Assembly: GCA_963682135.1 (NCBI GenBank)
Contig: OY821645.1
Span: 1,568,001 to 1,632,000 of the forward strand
Length of the DNA: 64,000 bases
Origin: Methanothrix sp.
GTDB lineage: Archaea > Halobacteriota > Methanosarcinia > Methanotrichales > Methanotrichaceae
Direction: 5' to 3'
Shown here one piece after another: positions 28,992 to 39,692 of the stretch. The position numbers and the translations under genes were made by a program. Below the pieces are notes generated by a model. The model did no database searches, had not been told where the DNA came from, and saw nothing but the letters and a program-made list of their open reading frames with translations. Every line of letters begins with the position of its first letter. Position 1 is the first letter of the stretch.

Positions 28992-29639
28992 TCAAGCTCC
29001 TGCCATCGTCCGGTATAAATTCCAGACCCCTGTAGCCACAAAGCTCACAGCTACGGCACCTAAAATCAGCCCCATAATTCTGGTCATGACCATTATTCCC
29101 GTAATTCCCAGGGCTCTATCAATGTACTGCGAGAATTTAAGGATGAAGAATGTAGCCAGGAATGTTAGACTGATCGCGAGCAGCACCAGGCCTTTTTTTG
29201 CCAGGCTGTCTGCTGCGCCCATTAAAACCACCACGGTGGTTATAGCCCCGGGACCTGTGAGCAGCGGTATGGCCAGAGGAAATATGGAGACGTCTTCTCG
29301 CGAATTGGCATCCATCAGCTCCGCCTCAGTGACCTTGTTTTGCCGGCGAATGCCCCGCAGCATATCTATGGCTACCAGAAAGAGCAGTATGCCACCTGCC
29401 ACACGCAAGCTGTCCACGGTGATGCCGAAGATGCGCAAGACCGCGTCGCCGGCCAGGGAGAAGAGAATGGCAATGGCAAAGGCAACCAGAGTTGTGCGCC
29501 GGTAGATATGCGTCCTCTCTTTCGAATTCATGTTGCTGGTGAGGGTGACATAGACCAAAGTAGCTTCGACAGGGTTGACTATGATGAATATCGTAGTGAA
29601 TGCGTATACAAAGTGGATCAGCAATTCGCCTATTTCCAT
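28992..29639 (-). CDS. marC: MarC-family membrane protein
   Basis: IVNP, LRVAGGILLF, PLAIPLLTGPGAI and TRIMGL motifs. Confidence 0.92.
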   Translation of the reverse strand: MEIGELLIHFVYAFTTIFIIVNPVEATLVYVTLTSNMNSKERTHIYRRTTLVAFAIAILFSLAGDAVLRIFGITVDSLRVAGGILLFLVAIDMLRGIRRQNKVTEAELMDANSREDVSIFPLAIPLLTGPGAITTVVVLMGAADSLAKKGLVLLAISLTFLATFFILKFSQYIDRALGITGIMVMTRIMGLILGAVAVSFVATGVWNLYRTMAGA

Positions 29640-29740
29640 TTTTTTACATCCTTTTGGCTGAGTAATCTTTTTATGGCCATTGCTTATCAGGATTATGAAG
29701 GAATGGCATTTTATACCGCCACGTGAATCATGAGGTTTAT

Positions 29741-31636
29741 ATGAAGTGCATGCCAGAGCAGCCGCTAAAAATTCTCATCATAATGTTAGTGTTCATCCTG
29801 TTGGCCAATTGCGCGAATGCAGTCGTCGTTGTTATGCCGGGTGAGCGAATCCAGGCGGCCATAGACGCCGCACAGTCCGGTGAGACCATTGAGGTTTCCG
29901 GGGGCACCTACCAGGAGAGCCTGGTTATCGACGAACCGCTCATCCTCAAAGGCAATAGCTCCGGGGAGGATCTGCCTCGTGTGGAATCGGAAAACGGCCC
30001 GGCCATAACCATCAAAGCAAATGGGGTTGTTGTGGAAGGCCTATGGGCTAAGAGTGCAAGCGGCTGGACGGGAGATGCAGGCATATTGGTGCTCTCCAAT
30101 GACAATATAATTAGAAACAATATGGCAAGCGGCAACGGCAATGTGGGCATTTTCCTTCAAAAGTGCAGCAACAACACCGTCTTTGGCAATGTTGTTCAGG
30201 GAAACGGAAATGATGGGCTATTGCTGGAGAACAGCAGTCGAAATTTGTTGGAACGAAATGAGGTAAGCGATAACCGTTACGGCTGCAAGCTGGTAGGCAG
30301 CCAGGAAAACCAAATTATCGGAAATACATTCTTACAGAACAGAAATGATGCCATAAATTTGCAGGAAAGCCACGCCAACCTCATTGAAGGAAATAATGCC
30401 ACGGGAAGTGATAGTGCGCTGGCTATCGACAGCAGCCGCGACAACATCGTTCGCAAGAACAATTTTGTAGGAAACGAAAAAGGAATCTATCTCTCCTACC
30501 TTGACACGAGCAAAGATATGCAGTCCAAGGGAAAGGGTGTGGTCATATCCTATAACAGCATGCCCTCTTCAGAGACGGTCTCCACCAATAATTCCATTTA
30601 TCTGAATAATCTCTTCAACAAGAAAAATGCCCGCGATGATAGCCTCAATAACTGGGATAACGGTAAGATGGGCAACAACTACAGCGATTTCAATGATCCC
30701 GGCGAAGGCTGCAAGGGTATCAAGATTTGCGACAGGGAGATGTCCGTCTCCGGGGGGCCCAGCGTGGACCGCTATCCACAGGCGTCCCCTGTCCCTGTTC
30801 CGGGTAGATTTACGGGCGCGGGAGGGGCAGCTATGCAGTTTTCCGCCAAGAGCTATCTTCCCGGCAGCAGGATGGATCTGAACTTCACAGCACCAGTAGG
30901 CCAGGAGGTTTGGGTAAGGCAGATTGTACCCGCTGCCTCGGGCCGGAATGATTCGCAAGAAGATCTCTATTTAGGACAGAATATCACCGGGGATGCCTGG
31001 CTCACTGCTCCTCAAGAGGTGGGCTCTTATCAGCTGGAGATGCTCAACCGGAATGGCACAAAGGTTCTGTCTGTGCCCTTCAGCGTGGCAATACCCAGCA
31101 TTTCTGCAACCCCTGCATCAGTTTATACCTGTGTGAAGATCATCGTCTCCTTCCAGGGTGCCTTCGGCCAGAAGGATGACTGGATCGGCTTGTACCGGGA
31201 CGGCTCCTCGGATGCCATTGAACGTCAGACGCTGGGCAGCCGGGATTCGGGAAATGTCTCGTTCTCAGCATCCGACGCGGGCAGCTACCTGTTCAAGATG
31301 TTTGCCGGCGGAGCTAATCTCCCTCAGGCCACAAGCAATCTCGTTGAGGTAAAACCTAACGCTGGCCAAAAGGTGACTGCTGAGCCTTCAAGGGTAGCTC
31401 CTGGCGGAACTGTTACCATCACCTTCTGGGGCGCGGCCCCTGCCAGTGTGATCGGCATGTATGGCATGACCCGGCCGGACAGGTTCGATCTGGGGAAGGT
31501 CTCTACCGGAGGGCGAAGCTGCGGCACCATGGTCAGGCAGCTTCCTTTTGAGCCCGGCCAGTACGACTTCCGCCTGTTCCAGGATGACATCAACCGGCCG
31601 CTTCTGGCCCAGAGCAATGTGGTGACGGTGGCCTGA
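29741..31636 (+). CDS. Secreted NosD/CASH beta-helix protein with Ig-like C-terminal repeats
   Basis: IQAAID, N-rich parallel beta-helix repeats, GNNYSD, DWIGLY. Start approximate. Confidence 0.85.
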   Translation: MKCMPEQPLKILIIMLVFILLANCANAVVVVMPGERIQAAIDAAQSGETIEVSGGTYQESLVIDEPLILKGNSSGEDLPRVESENGPAITIKANGVVVEGLWAKSASGWTGDAGILVLSNDNIIRNNMASGNGNVGIFLQKCSNNTVFGNVVQGNGNDGLLLENSSRNLLERNEVSDNRYGCKLVGSQENQIIGNTFLQNRNDAINLQESHANLIEGNNATGSDSALAIDSSRDNIVRKNNFVGNEKGIYLSYLDTSKDMQSKGKGVVISYNSMPSSETVSTNNSIYLNNLFNKKNARDDSLNNWDNGKMGNNYSDFNDPGEGCKGIKICDREMSVSGGPSVDRYPQASPVPVPGRFTGAGGAAMQFSAKSYLPGSRMDLNFTAPVGQEVWVRQIVPAASGRNDSQEDLYLGQNITGDAWLTAPQEVGSYQLEMLNRNGTKVLSVPFSVAIPSISATPASVYTCVKIIVSFQGAFGQKDDWIGLYRDGSSDAIERQTLGSRDSGNVSFSASDAGSYLFKMFAGGANLPQATSNLVEVKPNAGQKVTAEPSRVAPGGTVTITFWGAAPASVIGMYGMTRPDRFDLGKVSTGGRSCGTMVRQLPFEPGQYDFRLFQDDINRPLLAQSNVVTVA

Positions 31637-31709
31637 GCCCGGGAGCTGCTTTCGGGGCCCTCTTGCCGCAAGGATTATGGCTTTAAGGCAAGAGTGCGAA
31701 TCTAGGGCC

Positions 31710-32681
31710 ATGGATCTTGAGACCAAGGCGCTCCTGCTATCCGTGGGAACAGTACAGCTGGCCGGTCCCCACGCGGGCGGGCGCGCTTCCACCGCGGGAC
31801 CCGGAGCCGGGGGCCAGTCCGTCTTTTTTCAGTCCGGCCCTCACCTGGTCCGCCTATCGGTAGCGGAAAGCTCGCCGCTACATCTGGAGAGTCGTGAAGA
31901 TGGTGTGGCAATTATCAAGGACGGTCGAGAGATCGCCCGCGGCCAGCTGGCAGAGCCGCTCCTGCACTGTCCGGAGCAGGCCTACATCACTGTCTCGGAG
32001 CGCTGCATATTTGACTGCAAATTTTGTGCCGTGCCCAAATTAAAGGGAGGCATAAAGTCCGGGCAGACGGTCTTGCAGATGGTGGAGGAGGCGGCCCGAA
32101 CGGGTCATTTGACTGCCATTTCCCTTACCAGCGGCGTGGAGGTCTCGCCTCGGCATGAGGCGGAGCGAGTGGCGGGAATAGTGGCGGATCTCAAGCGCTT
32201 TCATGTCCCGGTGGGCGTTTCCATCAGCCCTTTTCCCGGCGTAAACCAGATTCTCAAAGATGCGGGAGCGGATGAGGTAAAGTACAACCTGGAGTGCGTG
32301 GACCCAGAGCTTTTTCCACGCGTCTGTCCGGGCATATCTTATCAGGAGATCATGGATGCCCTGCAAGAAGCGGTGGGCGTTTTTGGCAAGAACCGGGTCT
32401 TTACCAATATCATCGTGGGCCTGGGCGAGTCGGACGACCTAATGCGGCGCAGCATAGATGAGCTGACGGAGATGGGAGTCATACCGGTCTTACGGGCGGT
32501 GTTTCCTCATCCCCTGCGAGTGGGCGAGGTGCTGATGGAGCGGCCTTCGGCGTCCAGGCTGCTGGAGCTGGCGCGCTACCTGAAGACGGCGCTGGAGAAA
32601 AACGGCCTGGACGGGGCTGCGGCTCTCACCGGATGCTACCGCTGCACGGGCTGCGATCTCACGCCGGGCCGGGATCTTTAG
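31710..32681 (+). CDS. Radical SAM protein (biotin-synthase-related, archaeal)
   Basis: CIFDCKFC motif; C-terminal GC.RC.GCD. Confidence 0.88.
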   Translation: MDLETKALLLSVGTVQLAGPHAGGRASTAGPGAGGQSVFFQSGPHLVRLSVAESSPLHLESREDGVAIIKDGREIARGQLAEPLLHCPEQAYITVSERCIFDCKFCAVPKLKGGIKSGQTVLQMVEEAARTGHLTAISLTSGVEVSPRHEAERVAGIVADLKRFHVPVGVSISPFPGVNQILKDAGADEVKYNLECVDPELFPRVCPGISYQEIMDALQEAVGVFGKNRVFTNIIVGLGESDDLMRRSIDELTEMGVIPVLRAVFPHPLRVGEVLMERPSASRLLELARYLKTALEKNGLDGAAALTGCYRCTGCDLTPGRDL

Positions 32682-32899
32682 GTTTAAGGCGCTCAGAACT
32701 CAATATCCTCATCACGATAGTCAGACAGGCCAGATCATCATTGCGCCAAAGAATACGGGGTCGGGCTGAGGTAAAAAGATAGCTATTCACTGAAGGGCTC
32801 TCGATCCTGTGGCCGAGCTTCTATGATGGCTGATAGCTTTGCAAAATATATTAGCCCATCCCGAAAAGCCAGGCATCTAAGCCCGAGGATTGATTTCCC

Positions 32900-35464
32900 G
32901 TGGAAGACTTCAATATCAGCACCGCCAAGGGCCTCTCCGAGGCTGAGGCGGCAGAGCTGCTAGAAACCGTCGGCTACAACGAGCTGCCGCAATCAAAGCC
33001 TCGCAGCATCCTGACAATCGCCTTTGGTGTGGTAAAGGAGCCCATGTTCCTGCTCCTGGTGGCAGGCGGCCTGATCTATTTCATTCTGGGAGATCTTCAG
33101 GAGGCGGTTATGCTCATGGGCTTCGTCTTAGTGGTGATGGGCATCACCTTCTACCAGGAACGAAAGACCGAACGGGCCCTTGAGGCCCTGCGAGACCTCT
33201 CCAGCCCCCGGGCTCTGGTCATTCGGGACGGCCAGCAAAAACGCATCGCAGGAAGAGAGGTCGTTCCCGGAGACCTGATCGTCCTCTCCGAGGGAGACCG
33301 GGTGCCCGCCGATGCCGAGCTGCTCTTCGCCTCCAACCTCTCTGCCGATGAGTCACTGCTCACCGGCGAGTCTGTGCCGGTCAGGAAGGTCTGCTCGCAA
33401 GGAAAGGCGCCCCTGGCCCAGCCGGGGGGCGACGACCTGCCTTTCGTTTATTCTGCCAGCCTGATTGTGCAGGGCCAGGGCGCTGCCCGGGTGGTGGCCA
33501 CGGGCGCAGAGACGCAGATCGGCAAGATCGGCAGGGCTCTGCAAAATGTCGAGACGGAAAAGACGCCTCTGCAAAAGGAGACAAATGCCCTGGTGCAAAA
33601 GCTGGCCCTGCTGGGGCTTCTCCTTTGCGCCTCTGTGATTGTCATCTTCGGCCTGACCCGCCATGACTGGCTGCAGGGATTTTTGGCGGGCATCACCCTG
33701 GCCATGGCCGTCCTGCCTGAGGAGTTTCCCGTAGTCCTGACCATCTTTTTGGCTCTGGGTGCCTGGAGAATCTCCCAGCACCGCGTCTTAACCCGGAGCG
33801 TGCCTGCCGTGGAGACGCTGGGCGCAACAACAGTGCTGTGCACCGACAAGACGGGAACCATCACTGAGAACCGCATGACCGTGAAGAAGCTCTTCGCCTC
33901 CGGCCAGTTCTATGACATAGACGGACTGCCGGGCGGGCTTCCGGACGGGATTCATGAGCTGGTGGAATACAGCATTCTGGCCTCGGAGAGCGATCCCTTC
34001 GACCCCATGGAAAAGGCCTTCCTGCGGCTGGGCGAGGAGTACCTGAAGAAAACGCAGCACATCCACAGGGACTGGACTGCGGTTAAGGAGTATTCTCTCT
34101 CCAAAAAACTGCTGGCCATGTCCCGCGTCTGGAAGGCTCCGGAAGGTGACGATTTTATCATAGCCTGCAAGGGCGCTCCGGAAGCCATAGCCGACCTCTG
34201 CCACCTCGATGATTCCGCCCGCCGGAAGCTGACAGGAAATATCGTATCCATGGCCCAAGAGGGCCTTCGCATCCTGGGGGTGGCGGCAGCCCGCTGCAAA
34301 GAGAGCGACCTTCCAACAGGTCAGCATGACTTCGATTTTGTGTTCCTGGGTCTGGTGGGCCTGGCCGATCCGGTACGCTCTGGCGTTGCCAATGCCATCC
34401 AGGAATGCCGCAGCGCGGGAATAAGAGTAGTGATGATAACCGGCGACTATCCAGAAACCGCCCAGGCCATAGCCAGGCAAATAGGTCTGCGGGACCCGGA
34501 ACATATTCTCACCGGCCCGGAGATGGAAAAGCTATCTGATGCCGATCTGGGGGAGCGCATCCGGGATGTGAACATTTTTTCTCGGGTGGTGCCGGAGCAG
34601 AAGCTGCGGCTGGTCAGGGCCCTGAAGGCAGGAGGAGAGGTCGTGACCATGACCGGCGACGGTGTTAACGATGCTCCGGCTTTGAAGGCTGCCGACATTG
34701 GCATAGCCATGGGCGGCAGGGGAACCGACGTGGCCCGTGAAGCGGCCAGCCTGGTGCTCCTGGACGATGCCTTCTCTTCCATTGTAGAGGCTGTCCGGCA
34801 GGGCCGCAGGGTGTTTGACAATATCAAGAAAGCCATGGCCTACATCCTGGCAATTCACGTGCCCATTGCCGGCATGTCCTTGATACCGGTTCTCCTGGGC
34901 TGGCCCCTGGTCCTCCTGCCGGTGCATGTCGTCTTCCTGGAGCTGATCATAGACCCGGCCTGCTCCGTGGTCTTCGAGGCCGAGCCTGAAGAGGCCGACG
35001 TCATGCGGCGGCGGCCACGCGATCCGAAAAAGCCGCTTTTCTCCCGGAGAAACATTGCTCTGAGCTTTTTGCAGGGTTTCATGGTACTGGTGATTGTGCT
35101 GGCTGTTTACGCCTTTTCCCTCTACCGGGGGCAGGGTGTAGCAGAGGCCAGAGCCCTGACCTTTACCACACTCATTGTTGCCAATTTGGGCCTGATCCTA
35201 ACCAATCGCTCCTGGTCCCGCACAATTTTACAGACAATGAGCTGCCCCAACCAGGCCCTCTGGTGGGTGGTTGGAGGAGCGCTGTTCTTCCTGGCGATAG
35301 TGCTCTACACACCATTCTTAAGAGAGCTGTTCGGTTTTGCCTATCTGCATGGGATAGATATCGCCATCTGTTTCATGGCAGGAATCGCCAGCATCCTCTG
35401 GTTTGAGGGGCTCAAGATCATCAACGGAAGAAATGATGAACAAAATCACAGATCAAATTATTAG
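32900..35464 (+). CDS. P-type cation-transporting ATPase (Ca2+/type II-like)
   Basis: TGES, PEE, DKTGT, KGAPE, MITGD and GDGVND motifs. Confidence 0.95.
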   Translation: MEDFNISTAKGLSEAEAAELLETVGYNELPQSKPRSILTIAFGVVKEPMFLLLVAGGLIYFILGDLQEAVMLMGFVLVVMGITFYQERKTERALEALRDLSSPRALVIRDGQQKRIAGREVVPGDLIVLSEGDRVPADAELLFASNLSADESLLTGESVPVRKVCSQGKAPLAQPGGDDLPFVYSASLIVQGQGAARVVATGAETQIGKIGRALQNVETEKTPLQKETNALVQKLALLGLLLCASVIVIFGLTRHDWLQGFLAGITLAMAVLPEEFPVVLTIFLALGAWRISQHRVLTRSVPAVETLGATTVLCTDKTGTITENRMTVKKLFASGQFYDIDGLPGGLPDGIHELVEYSILASESDPFDPMEKAFLRLGEEYLKKTQHIHRDWTAVKEYSLSKKLLAMSRVWKAPEGDDFIIACKGAPEAIADLCHLDDSARRKLTGNIVSMAQEGLRILGVAAARCKESDLPTGQHDFDFVFLGLVGLADPVRSGVANAIQECRSAGIRVVMITGDYPETAQAIARQIGLRDPEHILTGPEMEKLSDADLGERIRDVNIFSRVVPEQKLRLVRALKAGGEVVTMTGDGVNDAPALKAADIGIAMGGRGTDVAREAASLVLLDDAFSSIVEAVRQGRRVFDNIKKAMAYILAIHVPIAGMSLIPVLLGWPLVLLPVHVVFLELIIDPACSVVFEAEPEEADVMRRRPRDPKKPLFSRRNIALSFLQGFMVLVIVLAVYAFSLYRGQGVAEARALTFTTLIVANLGLILTNRSWSRTILQTMSCPNQALWWVVGGALFFLAIVLYTPFLRELFGFAYLHGIDIAICFMAGIASILWFEGLKIINGRNDEQNHRSNY

Positions 35465-35529
35465 GGCGAATAAGACTATGAAAATAAAATAGTCTAGGGT
35501 ACAAACCCCCTCGAACTATCTAAATAGAT

Positions 35530-35784
35530 TTAATTTCTGCAGCTGCCGTCTCTGCGAGGGCCGGATCCATCCTGAGCTCCGGCAATCTTGCAGCTCTGGC
35601 CCTGGCACGCTCCTGCCTGGCAGTTTTGCTGACCGCAGGTACCCTGATTCTCGCAGCCATTGATGCAGTTCTCATTGCTGCATCCGCTACCATCTGAGGG
35701 CCCATTTCCATTTTGTGCTGCCAGAGCAAAACCGGCCAGCAGGCACAATGCCGCCAGCGAAACGAATAATTTCATGTATCTCAT
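35530..35784 (-). CDS. Small secreted Cys-rich protein
   Basis: GAGGT RBS, signal peptide, 8 Cys in the mature part, ends GPRRDGSCRN. Confidence 0.75.
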   Translation of the reverse strand: MRYMKLFVSLAALCLLAGFALAAQNGNGPSDGSGCSNENCINGCENQGTCGQQNCQAGACQGQSCKIAGAQDGSGPRRDGSCRN

Positions 35785-36105
35785 TTTACTAACCTCAACC
35801 TATGTCTTCCATCTTCCATCCAATTCTCTTCTTCATCGAGATAGGGCCAATAGAGCCGTTCTCACAAAGATCACTCAGCCTGAACGATACTTAATCTTTC
35901 CGGTAATTGTCGAAGTTCAGAAATGGTTCTAAATCGAAGTTATCTGGTTTTAAAAGTTCTATATTCGACAATTAACTGAATAATAGTCCTAAATTGGTTA
36001 TTATTGCTTCCTCGGTCTTTTTGAGTATTTCTCTAAATCATCGCCATCAATATTATATATTCGCGGAACAACAACGTGGTGTAGAATCACGGAGGGATGA
36101 TAACG

Positions 36106-36498
36106 ATGAGAAAACTAATGCTAATGCTTTTGGTCCTATTCGCGATCAGTGGCTTGTCATTTGCCGCCGGTCCACAGGGTGTCCATGAGCCGGGAACTGG
36201 AATTGTCAGCCCGGAAACGAAAGAATCCGCACAGGGGACCGGCCAGGGCATGATGCAGGCCAACCAACAGAACAACACAACGGCTTCGCAAGGCATCCAT
36301 GAGCCCGGAACCGGCCTCGCCAACCCTGAGCTGAAAGAAGCTGCACAAGGATCCGGACAGGGACTGGCGGCCTCAGAGGCAAACGCTCAGAACGAATCTG
36401 CAGCCAGCGCCCCCCAAACACAGCCGGGATTTGAAGCAGCGCTTGCCATGTTTGGCATCATTGCCGCATCATTCGGGCTGCTCTACCGAAGAAATTAG
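36106..36498 (+). CDS. PGF-CTERM surface protein with a duplicated QGxHEPGTG repeat
   Basis: Signal peptide; QPGF + TM helix + RRN (archaeosortase A signal). Confidence 0.88.
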   Translation: MRKLMLMLLVLFAISGLSFAAGPQGVHEPGTGIVSPETKESAQGTGQGMMQANQQNNTTASQGIHEPGTGLANPELKEAAQGSGQGLAASEANAQNESAASAPQTQPGFEAALAMFGIIAASFGLLYRRN

Positions 36499-36607
36499 CC
36501 CCGCAGCACCTGTTATTCTTTTTTGCTCTTCGTCTTCGTCATCCATTTCGCCTGCAAAAGGAAACGAAAGAGATTAATGCCGCCCGGCCATCCATTGCTA
36601 TACTTCT

Positions 36608-38251
36608 ATGAAAATAGCACTCTTGCAGCTTAATCCCACCGTTGGAGATCTCCAGGGCAACAGCCTTCTGATCGCCCGTGCCGCCCGCCGCGCGGCAGAT
36701 GTCGACTTAGCTGTCACCTCCGAACTGGCACTGCTCGGCTATCCGCCTCGCGACCTGCTCCTCAATGCTGATTTTGTAGAGCGCAGCTGGGCCTCTCTGC
36801 TTGAGCTGGCCCGAGAGCTTTCCGATCTGCCGCCGATACTGGTGGGCCTGGCTGAGCCCAATCCGGATGAGGTGGGCCGTCCTCTCTTCAACTCAGCCGC
36901 GCTGCTCCGCCGGGGCAGGGTGGAGAGGACCTTTAAAAAGACACTGCTTCCCACTTACGATGTATTTGACGAAGACCGCTACTTTGAGCCGGCGGCAGAG
37001 CCGCAGATCCTGAAGCTTCAGGATGCAATCCTGGGCATCTCCATCTGCGAAGATATCTGGAATGATCGCGACTTCTGGAAGCGCCGTCGCTATCGCACCG
37101 ATCCCGTGCAGGAGCTTGTGGCCGCGGGAGCCCAGGCTATCATCAACCTTTCAGCGTCTCCTTTCACCGCAGGCAAGCAAAAACACCGCGAGGCCATGCT
37201 CGCCGACCTCGCCAAGAAGCACAGGATTCCTTTCATCTATGTCAATCAGGTGGGAGGCAACGACGATCTGGTTTTCGATGGCCGCAGCTGTGTCTTCGAT
37301 GGCAACGGTCGCCTGGTGGCCCGTGCTCAAGGCTTTGGGGAGGATTTGATAATAACAGATCCTGCCAGCCCTGCCTGCGGGCAGGCGGCGATCGCCAAGG
37401 ACGATTTTACACCCGAGTCAGAGATCTGGCGGGCTCTGGTCCTCGGCACGCGCGACTACGTCCACAAGTGCGGTTTTTCCGGAGTTCTGCTGGGCCTTTC
37501 CGGCGGCATAGACTCTAGCATTGTAGCCGCCATAGCCGCTCAGGCCCTGGGTCCGCAAAATGTCCTGGGGGTGCTCATGCCATCTCCCTACACCAGCCCG
37601 CCGAGCGTGCAGGATGCAAACGAATTGGCGCAAAACCTGGGGATAAGGACGATTACTATGGGCATCACCGATATCATGAAGTCCTATGACCAGGAGCTTG
37701 CCAAACCCTTCCAGGGTCAGCCGAAGAATGTGACAGAGGAGAACATCCAGGCGCGCATTCGGGGCAACCTTCTCATGGCTCTCTCCAACAAGTTTGGCCT
37801 GTTGCTTCTCACCACGGGAAACAAGTCGGAGCTGGCCGTTGGCTACTGTACGATCTACGGAGATATGTCCGGGGGGCTGGCCGTCATCTCCGATGTTCCC
37901 AAGACCACCGTTTACCGGATAGCAAAATGGCTGAATGCCCAGGGCTGTGAGGTCATTCCTACGGCAGTCCTGCACAAAGCGCCCACTGCAGAACTTCGCT
38001 TTGACCAGACCGACCAGGACAGCCTGCCCCCCTACGGGGTGCTGGATAATATCCTGGTGAGATATATCGAGCTGCATCAGTCAAAAGAAGAGCTTCTCGC
38101 GTTGGGTTATGAAGAAGCAGTGGTGGAAAAAGTACTTCGTCTGGTTAAGAATGCCGAATTCAAGAGAAAGCAGGCTGCGCCGGGGCTGAAGGTGACAGAC
38201 CGGGCCTTTGGCAGCGGCTGGAGGATGCCGGTGGCCAGCCGGGCCTGGTAA
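36608..38251 (+). CDS. nadE: Glutamine-dependent NAD+ synthetase
   Basis: Nitrilase domain (GYPP.DL, ICEDIW) plus SGGIDS, NIQARIR and TGNKSE. Confidence 0.96.
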   Translation: MKIALLQLNPTVGDLQGNSLLIARAARRAADVDLAVTSELALLGYPPRDLLLNADFVERSWASLLELARELSDLPPILVGLAEPNPDEVGRPLFNSAALLRRGRVERTFKKTLLPTYDVFDEDRYFEPAAEPQILKLQDAILGISICEDIWNDRDFWKRRRYRTDPVQELVAAGAQAIINLSASPFTAGKQKHREAMLADLAKKHRIPFIYVNQVGGNDDLVFDGRSCVFDGNGRLVARAQGFGEDLIITDPASPACGQAAIAKDDFTPESEIWRALVLGTRDYVHKCGFSGVLLGLSGGIDSSIVAAIAAQALGPQNVLGVLMPSPYTSPPSVQDANELAQNLGIRTITMGITDIMKSYDQELAKPFQGQPKNVTEENIQARIRGNLLMALSNKFGLLLLTTGNKSELAVGYCTIYGDMSGGLAVISDVPKTTVYRIAKWLNAQGCEVIPTAVLHKAPTAELRFDQTDQDSLPPYGVLDNILVRYIELHQSKEELLALGYEEAVVEKVLRLVKNAEFKRKQAAPGLKVTDRAFGSGWRMPVASRAW

Positions 38252-38378
38252 CTGGAAGGCATAGCTCGCAGTTGACGAGATCAGGTCCGCAAGGCGGATT
38301 TAGTGGAGCGGGGGACTTTCGCTAGGTCTATCGCGATCCTACAAGTTAAATAGATTCAGGCTAAGAAATGGTCTTGAT

Positions 38379-39692
38379 ATGAAGGGCAGCGACAAGTGGG
38401 GCGCAATGGCGCAGAGGAAAACAGCAGTTTCAATGGTTCTTGTAGCTGCCTTTCTCGTTATGTTGGCTCATGCGGAGCAATCTGACTCCCCCATTGGGCA
38501 GAGTCTGGTTCTCAATGTCTATCTCGATAACGCAGGCAAAGCTCTGATCACGGGCTATGCCGAAGATGTTAGTGGTCTTGCTTTTCTCGCCGATTCGCAA
38601 TTTCGTTTCGAAAATGATTCTCATCAGCTCTATGCCCTCACAGACAGATTGACAGCGAAGGCAGGCGATCTCTGGACTCTGAGCTTTGATGCCAACGGCA
38701 GCTTCGATGATTATCGCGTCACCTTCTATCTGCCCAGCGAGACAAGTCTCGGAGAGATCAACGCCTCGCAGGGTCTGGGATATCTGCTATCCGCGTCCAA
38801 CGAGTCCCTGGTGGCGGATATACAGGGATATGAGGTTTCCAATCCCCTTATCACCATTCACTATCGTCAACTCCTTGCGGCCAACGGCAGCAGCCTGCCG
38901 CCGATTCCTCCAGCTTATCCGAGCGAGGGTGCGGCATTGATCATGCTTCTCATTGCAGCAGCTCTGCTGATGGCGGGTTTTGGCCTTGCCGTCTTCTTGC
39001 AGAGAAAGAGGCGCGGCTTAATGGCAAGCCCAATTGCTCGCCCTATTGAGAATCGGGTGGAAGAAACGATTGCAGCACCTTTGGCAAAAGAGACAGGGGC
39101 TTATCCGCTGCCTGAGAAGCATGACAGCGGGGGCCAGGCTGATTTGCCGTCCGTCGCCGCAAATGCTTCGTCTCCCGTCGCGTTGGATACTGATGCGTCT
39201 TCCTATCTTGACGATGACGGCGTTCTTCCTTCCCAGGCACCGGATGAGACCGTCGCGAATGGGCCCGGCAGTATCGAGCCCTCGCCTTCTTCTCCCTCTG
39301 ATGCGACCCATATCCAGGTAGATTTTCAGGCAGACGTCCCCCCGACGGGCGTCTCCCTTCCATCAGCATCTGAAAAAGACGGGAAGATGGCGGATGCAAG
39401 TCTGCTGCCCTCAAATGGGTCCACTAAAAAGGCGGTTGTGGTCAGCTCCGAGATGGAAGCGGTCATGCAGACGCTCACCGCACGAGAGCGAGCTGTGATG
39501 AGCACATTGATTGAACATGGGGGCAGAATGACTCAGGCAGATATCCGGTATGAGACGGGAACGCCTAAATCGTCCTTAACCGGAATTTTGATATCACTAG
39601 AGCGCAGAAAGCTTGTAAGCAAAAAGGAATGGGGCCGAACCAATATAATCGAACTTTCTGATTGGTTCTTATCGAAAAAGGAACATTCATGA
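38379..39692 (+). CDS. Single-pass membrane protein: extracellular domain, TM helix, low-complexity linker, C-terminal winged HTH
   Basis: LTARERAVM..L...GGRMTQADI...TG.PKSSL..IL.SLERR..V...GRTN. Confidence 0.85.
   Translation: MKGSDKWGAMAQRKTAVSMVLVAAFLVMLAHAEQSDSPIGQSLVLNVYLDNAGKALITGYAEDVSGLAFLADSQFRFENDSHQLYALTDRLTAKAGDLWTLSFDANGSFDDYRVTFYLPSETSLGEINASQGLGYLLSASNESLVADIQGYEVSNPLITIHYRQLLAANGSSLPPIPPAYPSEGAALIMLLIAAALLMAGFGLAVFLQRKRRGLMASPIARPIENRVEETIAAPLAKETGAYPLPEKHDSGGQADLPSVAANASSPVALDTDASSYLDDDGVLPSQAPDETVANGPGSIEPSPSSPSDATHIQVDFQADVPPTGVSLPSASEKDGKMADASLLPSNGSTKKAVVVSSEMEAVMQTLTARERAVMSTLIEHGGRMTQADIRYETGTPKSSLTGILISLERRKLVSKKEWGRTNIIELSDWFLSKKEHS

Noticed and set aside
32769-32840. 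Box C/D RNA or riboswitch upstream of the P-type ATPase
   Set aside because: A hairpin with CTGA and ATGATG is present, but box order and spacing are incomplete and there is no yybP-ykoY consensus.
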